Assembly: GCA_963676395.1 (NCBI GenBank)
Contig: OY781066.1
Location: forward strand, 608,001 to 672,000
Reading direction: 5' to 3'
DNA from: a bacterium
GTDB taxonomy: Bacteria > Fidelibacterota > Fidelibacteria > Fidelibacterales > Fidelibacteraceae
Length of the DNA: 64,000 nucleotides
The position numbers and the translations under genes were made by a program. Of the stretch, positions 57,655-64,000 are shown piece after piece; positions within the stretch are counted from its first letter, which is position 1; each line of letters starts with the position of its first letter. The notes under the pieces are model-generated. The model was not told where the DNA came from. It made no database searches and saw only the letters and a program-made list of their open reading frames with translations.

Positions 57655-60009
57655 CTATCTTATTACTATAAATTTCTTTATCACGGCATCACCGGCTAAC
57701 AAACTAACACCCGTTTGAGGATCATCAAAATCCTCCTCCATAACGAAGCGAGCAATATACACTCCACTAACCAGAATCTGTTGCCAATCAGTAGTTAAAA
57801 ACCAGGTATATCCTGCTTCGGATTCTTCAACATCAGTAACATAATCTCCGCGCTCAGAATAAATACTGATCTTACAACCACTTGGTACACCGGCGAACAG
57901 AAGTTTATTTACATTGCCAAGAAATTGAATGTTTTCATTACGTACATTGATAGGATTGGGCACCACTCTTATCAATAAGCTCATCAAAGCTTTTCTATCG
58001 TCAGGATCTCCCAAATCGAAATCATTAATATTTAATTTTTCATTTGGTGCCGGTGGACTTTTCACAGTAGCACCGCGATTGGTTCTTGTGTAAAAGGGAC
58101 TACTTTCCAAAGCGATACCCGGTTTTTCCACATTTTGGCTTCCATCGTCATAAGCAGTGATATAATAAAAATAATTCTGGCCTCTTAATGGTTCGTTATC
58201 AATAAATTGAAATTCATCACTACCATCAACCCGATAATTTTCTATACTTCCATCACTGATATTACAATCTAGAATTCTTTGGTAAGTTGAATCCTTTTCA
58301 ACATAAGCCCGATACACTCTAAAGCCCTCAAAATGGTTATGAGCCATAGAAGCAGCTCCGTTCCAAGTCAATAGAATACCATCAACAGTTGAAAATATTT
58401 CAACTTTTTCGGGCGCTTGCGGGGCAGGGCTGATCGTTTCGTAGAAATTTCCCTTATATAATTTGATGGCTTTTTTAAACGCAAGCATCAAAGAATCACG
58501 ACCGCTATATACTAGATCATTTTTCCATTTATCACAATTATCAGCATTAATCGTCATGGTCGTTGATGGGTTTGCCGGATCAATCACTGTTAATGTTTCC
58601 CCATTTCTTGCCCTTAGCCACTTCCTACCGATCTCATAGCCATAATCATGTCCAACTCCTCCTGCACACTCGGCCCATACAATCTTCACCTTTTCACCGG
58701 GCGCTATAGTGTAGGGCCCAAAAGACAACATTTGGTTATAACCTTGCGCCCCATTAGCAGTAGAATATAATCCGGCATCACCACCCTGTACATTCCAAAC
58801 GGTTTCGGCCATGCTTGGAGCATCATTTCCATTTGCCATATATTTTGTATATTTCTCCGTCATCCCCAGCGCATCATATTGATCTAAGCCCGCCGTAAAT
58901 GTGTATGGATTATTTCCATCAATAAAGCTTTGCGATGAAGGTTGAGATCTATCATCAGTATTATCGGACGGTGAAGTATCAGCGTGTATTACAACCATTC
59001 CCTTGTATTGAACAGAACCCAAACGACCATCATTTAAGGCCGGAAGACCATTATGCGCTGTTCCATTCACATTCGGTGAACCGATATTGTCATAACCGAA
59101 ATTGGCCCATTTCCCCATCCATGCTACATATCCTCGCATCCAATTCCCGTCGGCATCTTGCGCATCCAAACCTGTCATGTCTTCATAACTTGAAGTTGTC
59201 GTAGGGTTACTCTGATCTTCACCTATCACATCACTCATCATACTGTACCCCCAAGAAACCTCTCTCACAGATTCTGAGATCCAGTGTCGATGAACAGGAG
59301 TAAAAGCTCCCGAGTAACACCCTTCTTGCGAAATAGCATCACACCATTGCCAATTAAAGTAAACATCTTCTAAAGTCTGCTCATGAATATTACCCGCCAA
59401 ATTATAAATCCCTGTATTTTCAAATTCGTATTCCGAGATAAGAATATCATCATAATTCTGTTGTGAAACAGCATATACTTTACGTGTAAATGTTAATCCA
59501 ACAGATGTATTTACAACATTGACCAGAACTCTATCGGCTTTAAGTGAAGGATCAACAGAATCAATATCATCATTTTTTCCGTCAGCACCATTAGTCATAT
59601 CATTGGCAACTTTATCATCCACATATACTTCCGGATGATCCTTGCGCGCAAATAAACTTAGTTCCTGAGGCATATACTCACGGATCTCAACATCGGTCAC
59701 GGCTCTGGGACCATTATGAACGACTTTATAAGCATAACTTTTGTTTTGTACCGGATCAAAGAAATTCTTTACCCCGATCCACATCCCCTTGGCGGCCTGC
59801 ATATCCTGATCGCGATAAAATGAATCCCATGTAAAACCATATTGCTGTTGATAATAGGCTACAACTTCATGTTCTGTCCCGGTATCATAAAAGAAATTTT
59901 GCAATGAACCAATGGTGATCCATTTGTAACGAGTAGCAGCTTCACTTGTAAATACAAGTAAAAGTGCCATCGTAAAAAGCAGTACTTTTCGTATTAAATA
60001 ATTTTTCAT
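57655..60009 (-). CDS. Orphan paralog of the TBDR-partner secreted protein at 12723..15077
   Basis: Same length (784 aa), long identical blocks (GFTWDSFYRDQDMQAAKGMWIGVKNF; SSPFYTRTNRGATVKSPPAP; LTTDWQQILVSGVYIA). Confidence 0.78.
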   Translation of the reverse strand: MKNYLIRKVLLFTMALLLVFTSEAATRYKWITIGSLQNFFYDTGTEHEVVAYYQQQYGFTWDSFYRDQDMQAAKGMWIGVKNFFDPVQNKSYAYKVVHNGPRAVTDVEIREYMPQELSLFARKDHPEVYVDDKVANDMTNGADGKNDDIDSVDPSLKADRVLVNVVNTSVGLTFTRKVYAVSQQNYDDILISEYEFENTGIYNLAGNIHEQTLEDVYFNWQWCDAISQEGCYSGAFTPVHRHWISESVREVSWGYSMMSDVIGEDQSNPTTTSSYEDMTGLDAQDADGNWMRGYVAWMGKWANFGYDNIGSPNVNGTAHNGLPALNDGRLGSVQYKGMVVIHADTSPSDNTDDRSQPSSQSFIDGNNPYTFTAGLDQYDALGMTEKYTKYMANGNDAPSMAETVWNVQGGDAGLYSTANGAQGYNQMLSFGPYTIAPGEKVKIVWAECAGGVGHDYGYEIGRKWLRARNGETLTVIDPANPSTTMTINADNCDKWKNDLVYSGRDSLMLAFKKAIKLYKGNFYETISPAPQAPEKVEIFSTVDGILLTWNGAASMAHNHFEGFRVYRAYVEKDSTYQRILDCNISDGSIENYRVDGSDEFQFIDNEPLRGQNYFYYITAYDDGSQNVEKPGIALESSPFYTRTNRGATVKSPPAPNEKLNINDFDLGDPDDRKALMSLLIRVVPNPINVRNENIQFLGNVNKLLFAGVPSGCKISIYSERGDYVTDVEESEAGYTWFLTTDWQQILVSGVYIARFVMEEDFDDPQTGVSLLAGDAVIKKFIVIR

Positions 60010-60285
60010 GTTATATATCCTTGTCTATGAGTTAATGATACATCAAAATGAACATCAGGCTTTAATATCTTTTTACTTCAAAAGTCACCTTTATTAATAA
60101 CATTTATACTAATTACTATTTATTGCGAATCTTAATAATAATTTATTGTTTAAACAAGTATTAGATTTGATTAAACATGCCGCCACTCATCCCCCATCAG
60201 TCAAAACTCTAAAAGCAAAAACGGATTCCCCGCTTCTCCCTCACGCCAGTTGAAATGCTTCGGTGTAAATATTTAATTTTATAAT

Positions 60286-60378
60286 AAACAAAAACCCCAC
60301 CGTTTGCTGGGATAATCGGAGTGGCTCCGGCCGAAATCGAACCAGCGACACAGGGATCTTTAGACCTCTGTGCTATAC
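60286..60378 (-). repeat. Degenerate copy of tRNA-Phe 3' half plus downstream terminator (att-like relic)
   Basis: GTGGCTCCGGCCGAAATCGAACCAGCGACACAGGGAT matches 62369..62405 with one mismatch; AAACAAAAACCCCACCGTTTG also duplicated; anticodon arm corrupted and 5' end absent. Confidence 0.85.
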
Positions 60379-60488
60379 TGGTTATCAACAAGTTATGAGT
60401 TTAGGTGACCAAAAAATGACCGGTGTACATTTTTCAACGTTAACATGCTATTTAACAGGCAGTTATATGATTTATACTTGAAATATTC

Positions 60489-61062
60489 TTACTCGTGATT
60501 AATTGGATACTGTAATGTAAACCTATTATAGATATCCCATATAAAAAAATCGTTGCAATAAATATCAACTCTATTATCAATTGAATCTCCTTTACTTTCC
60601 CAATAACTCCGAATGATCCTCATATACGCTGATGCGTAAAGAAGATTAGTCCTGTCATCTCCAAGTTTATCAATGATCTCTTGTGGAGACTGACTCACAG
60701 TCAGAATTTTTTCATATTTATTTCCTGGATAAAACTCTGATAAACTATCTGTCAATTGGCACTCAATCCAATAAGCAGTCTTCATCTTTACCTGACAGAA
60801 ACCAATGGAACTATTCTTACCTTTTTTAGCCAGATAATTATCAAAGTACTCATCGCGCCAATCATAGTTATTGGTTCGTTCTACATAAGTAATAGCTTTG
60901 AGTTTTAGTGGATCGATATCGAAAGATTTGGAGTCATATTCAATATTATCAGACTGTTCTTTGAGCTTGATCATCTTGTCCTAGTGCTATTGATGAACAA
61001 CATAAAAGGAATAATAGAAATATTATTATATTCTTTTTGTTATACCATTTTAGTAAGTCCAT
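60489..61062 (-). pseudogene. Frameshifted secreted lysozyme-like/lytic transglycosylase-like gene
   Basis: Signal peptide ORF MDLLKWYNKKNIIIFLLFLLCCSSIALGQD (ATG 61062, AAGGA RBS) is out of frame with the 60489..60974 body (AITYVE, SIGFCQVK, NLLYASAY motifs). Confidence 0.55.
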
Positions 61063-61078
61063 TTCTTTTCCTTTTAAT

Positions 61079-61678
61079 TTAATATTTTATTACAATCTTT
61101 TTATTATCAATATTAGCCCAAATTAAATAAGTCGTGTATCCCCCTGATGAAATAATATTTTTATCAACTGTTGTTGAAATAACCCTTCCAATATCAGGAG
61201 CATATAATTGAGTCATTGTATAAATATCACAATCAAGTGAATATTTTAAACAATTATTTATTTTTCCCAGATTTGTTTCAATAGTATCATTTTTAGAGAG
61301 AATTGTACAATAAATCATATATGGAATTTGTTGCCAAGTATTATTAATATTTAAATTGAAGTCGAGGTGTACGTATTCAACATTATCAATAAGCCAATAC
61401 ACAATGCCATTTTCTACCCTATATATCTGTTGGGCTCTATGCTCATTTGAAATTGGTTCATAAGTATTCATTACATAATATGTTTTATCATTCAAAATAT
61501 AAGTTGAATCAATTCTTGATATTGTTGAATCAGAAAAAAAAGTATTTGCTCCAGGCGAATAGTAATGCCATTCATTACCAACCTGCAGCGGATAATAATC
61601 TCCTTCTACAGTTATCGGATCAATTCCGTTACAAGAAAGAAAAAAAATTATTAATGATATTAAAAATAATATTCTCAT
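61079..61678 (-). CDS. Hypothetical lipoprotein
   Basis: Lipobox FLSC; DYYPLQVGNEWHY...YAPDIG pattern; very AT-rich. Confidence 0.7.
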   Translation of the reverse strand: MRILFLISLIIFFLSCNGIDPITVEGDYYPLQVGNEWHYYSPGANTFFSDSTISRIDSTYILNDKTYYVMNTYEPISNEHRAQQIYRVENGIVYWLIDNVEYVHLDFNLNINNTWQQIPYMIYCTILSKNDTIETNLGKINNCLKYSLDCDIYTMTQLYAPDIGRVISTTVDKNIISSGGYTTYLIWANIDNKKIVIKY

Positions 61679-62233
61679 TTCAACACTTATTTCTAAACTT
61701 TAGATTTATCAGTTATTATTTATACTATTTATTATACTACTACCTGATTTTAATAACAAGTTTTTTATTAATTATATTTTTTTATATTATTTTTTATACT
61801 ATTACTTATTTAATATATTATCTTAACCTTATTACCACAATATTCGTTATAAACCCTAAGATATTACACCTAACTCTTTTATACAATTTACTTTAAAACC
61901 CCAATTATATTGCGAGTTTTGTTAATTTTCCGACGGTATTATTTTCAGTAGTTAATTTTATCTTGTGAGAAAAGATAAAGTTATTGATCACCGGATAAAT
62001 GTAAAGTGGAAAAGCCCGGATCCTCAAGAGAGGTTGTGTTTTCTTGCTATACAACTTACCTTCTCTCGCGAGTTTCGTGGGATTTTGATTGGTAGTGTTG
62101 TGAGAAGCTATGGTTTTTTAGTCAGTATTGTGATTGTTTTAAGTGTCTTTTAACTTTTTACTTTTGCCTTGCATCAAAAAAGCCCTCGAGAAACGACACC
62201 TTTATTATTCTTTACCGTTGATAAAAAATAATA

Positions 62234-62260
62234 ACGGTACAGGCATGCCTGTTCCCTACA
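62234..62260. repeat. GTAG-type REP-like palindrome
   Basis: Minus strand GTAGGGAACAGGCATGCCTGTACCGT. Confidence 0.45.
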
Positions 62261-62337
62261 CCCGCCACTCCTCCTCCCCTTATCTCCCTCTCAAAAATCA
62301 AAATATCACAGATAAATAATTTAATTCCACACAAAAC

Positions 62338-62361
62338 AAAAACCCCACCGTTTGGTGGGGT
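62338..62361 (-). terminator. Terminator downstream of tRNA-Phe
   Basis: Minus strand ACCCCACC-aaac-GGTGGGGT followed by a T-tract. Confidence 0.8.
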
Positions 62362-62369
62362 CAAAGAAG

Positions 62370-62442
62370 TGGCTCCGGCCGGAATCGAACCAGCGACACA
62401 GGGATTTTCAGTCCCCTGCTCTACCGACTGAGCTACAGAGCC
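62370..62442 (-). tRNA. tRNA-Phe(GAA), CCA not encoded
   Basis: GGCTCTGTAGCTCAGTCGGTAGAGCAGGGGACTGAAAATCCCTGTGTCGCTGGTTCGATTCCGGCCGGAGCCA folds as a cloverleaf with GAA anticodon. Confidence 0.97.
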
Positions 62443-62476
62443 ACAGAATTTTTAATTCCTAATTTCAAAGCGGAAA

Positions 62477-62505
62477 ATAATAATGCTTTTCGCTCCAAAA
62501 TGCAA
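62477..62505 (-). promoter_or_regulatory. Sigma70 promoter of tRNA-Phe, TTGCAT-N17-TATTAT
   Basis: Exact spacing, 35 nt upstream of the tRNA 5' end. Confidence 0.7.
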
Positions 62506-62517
62506 GTGGAAATACGA

Positions 62518-62865
62518 CTATTTACGTACTTCTTTAACGCGTGTGGCTTTCTTGCCTTTAAGTTCGCGAATATAATAGATTTTTGATCTGCGAACTTTAC
62601 CAATTGATACGCGTTCGATCTTGGCTAAATTAGGTGAATGCACAGGGAAAATACGTTCAACACCAACTCCATTAGAAATCTTTCTTACGGTAAATGTAGC
62701 GTTAATTCCTGTTCCCTTGCGGGCAATACAAATACCTTTGTACTGCTGAATACGTTCTTTGTTACCCTCGCGAACTTTTACATCCACGACCAAGGTATCG
62801 CCGGCTTTAAATTCCGGGATATCATTTTTCAAGTGCCCGATTGCTGCAACTTGTGTTTTATCCAT
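62518..62865 (-). CDS. rplS: 50S ribosomal protein L19
   Basis: PEFKAGDT...REGNKERIQ...[22 protein letters not shown]...[12 protein letters not shown]; start moved to MDKTQ (AAGGAG RBS). Confidence 0.98.
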   Translation of the reverse strand: MDKTQVAAIGHLKNDIPEFKAGDTLVVDVKVREGNKERIQQYKGICIARKGTGINATFTVRKISNGVGVERIFPVHSPNLAKIERVSIGKVRRSKIYYIRELKGKKATRVKEVRK

Positions 62866-63574
62866 TTTTGTCATCTCCTTTATCCGAATACGCTTTCCAC
62901 ATATCCGGTCTGCGTTCTTTTGTTTTATTAATTCGTTCTTCTTTTCGCCATGTATCAATGTTGGCATGATGCCCGCTTAAAAGTACATCCGGTACTTTAT
63001 TACCCTCAAATTCTTCGGGGCGTGTGTACCAAGGACAATCAAGCAGAGGATCCGAGAACGAATCGCTTAACGCAGAATTAATCTCGCTAAGTACACCGGG
63101 TATTAAGCGAATTACCGCATCCATGATCACCACGGATGAAATCTCGCCACCTGTAAGAACATAATCCCCGATGGATATTTCGTCTGTTACCAGCATATCT
63201 CTAATTCGCTGGTCGATCCCCTTATAGTGCCCACAGATAAAGATTAAATGCTCTTCTTCTGAAAGTTCATGAGCAAGTTCCTGTTTGAATGCAACTCCAT
63301 CTGGAGTCGGGAACAATACTCGACTGTGAACACCTTCGGGTGCTTGCTGCAAGAGGGTGCGAATGCCATCATAAAGCGGTTGCGGTGTCATGACCATGCC
63401 ATCTCCGCCCCCAAAAGGATAATCATCTGTTTTACGATGTTTGTCCTTCGAGAACTCACGCAGGTCATGAACATAAATTTCTACCAGTCCTTTTTCTTGA
63501 GCACGTTTCACCATACTCTGATTAATAACCGGTAGGATCATTTCCGGAAAGCAAGTTAACACATCTATGATCAT
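62858..63574 (-). CDS. trmD: tRNA (guanine-N1)-methyltransferase
   Basis: [44 protein letters not shown]. Confidence 0.98.
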   Translation of the reverse strand: MIIDVLTCFPEMILPVINQSMVKRAQEKGLVEIYVHDLREFSKDKHRKTDDYPFGGGDGMVMTPQPLYDGIRTLLQQAPEGVHSRVLFPTPDGVAFKQELAHELSEEEHLIFICGHYKGIDQRIRDMLVTDEISIGDYVLTGGEISSVVIMDAVIRLIPGVLSEINSALSDSFSDPLLDCPWYTRPEEFEGNKVPDVLLSGHHANIDTWRKEERINKTKERRPDMWKAYSDKGDDKNG

Positions 63575-64000
63575 TCCATCATTCCTTCCAATAATTGGAC
63601 ATAAAGAATCCCCCGTTCATCATCGATATCTTCGATGAACTCTTCCACAAAAGGAAGCATAACAGTTGATCCGTCCATTGTTGTGAATATGATCAAGTCT
63701 TGCGCCGGCAGTTCCTGAACTTCCGTAACTTCTCCGATCAATAGACCATCCTGAAATACTTTATAACCCAGGATATCAATATCTTCATCAAAGTCCGGCA
63801 GTAACTCTACCTGCTTGTCCGTAATAAGCAGCGCTTTATGTGTCAAACGGGCGGACGCTTCTTTACTATCAATACCTTCAATAGCGATACATAGTCTATC
63901 GCCACGAATTTCTACTGATAGAAGAGAGTGGACCTCCTCAGGTTCAACACCATTGCCAACATAAACATATTTCAATGAGCGTAACGCTTGCGCGTCCAGC
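63571..64000 (-). CDS. rimM: 16S rRNA processing protein RimM (5' end outside window)
   Basis: PRC-barrel (IGEVTEV...AQDL...MLPFVEEFI..ID); rimM-trmD-rplS synteny. Confidence 0.9.
   Translation of the reverse strand, partial: LDAQALRSLKYVYVGNGVEPEEVHSLLSVEIRGDRLCIAIEGIDSKEASARLTHKALLITDKQVELLPDFDEDIDILGYKVFQDGLLIGEVTEVQELPAQDLIIFTTMDGSTVMLPFVEEFIEDIDDERGILYVQLLEGMME

Noticed and set aside
60322..60378. Second tRNA gene
   Set aside because: Lacks the 5' acceptor strand and D-arm, and the anticodon arm is corrupted; treated as an att-like relic
61447..61896. 149 aa plus-strand ORF rich in Y/L/I/F
   Set aside because: Artefact of low-complexity AT-rich DNA; overlaps the lipoprotein gene on the opposite strand

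Overview
Low-GC chromosomal window from a diderm bacterium, probably of the FCB superphylum (T9SS sorting tails and PorV suggest a Marinimicrobia/Calditrichota/KSB1-like lineage; this is inference, not a database result). Almost all genes are on the minus strand. (1) 0.1-18.3 kb: a SusD-less TonB-dependent receptor locus with two TBDRs, each followed by a ~740-780 aa secreted protein with a T9SS-like tail, plus a PorV-family gene and two lipoproteins; a fourth paralog is at 57.7-60.0 kb. (2) 18.4-37.5 kb: dnaX, SRP RNA, a sodium:solute symporter, two GH13 enzymes, a DegV-DegV-DAK2-PlsY fatty acid kinase cluster, cysteine synthase, a TPR histidine kinase, a lipid kinase and proC. (3) 37.8-54.3 kb, the main find: a DUF11 (isopeptide-forming Ig fold) locus whose proteins look like a complete covalently polymerised pilus system. 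It has a split-domain shaft subunit (N-terminal Asn donor strands, C-terminal Lys/Asp acceptor domain), an acceptor-only tip, a Lys-less putative chaperone, a donor-only OmpA anchor and a large beta-barrel. It is arranged as three tandem cassettes (one near-identical 2.2 kb duplication, one decayed copy) with a shared promoter motif and two structured leader RNAs. (4) 54.4-64 kb: PAS hybrid kinase, YbjQ, a ~2 kb islet bounded by tRNA-Phe and a degenerate tRNA 3' fragment, and rimM-trmD-rplS. All calls come from reading the sequence; no searches were run.
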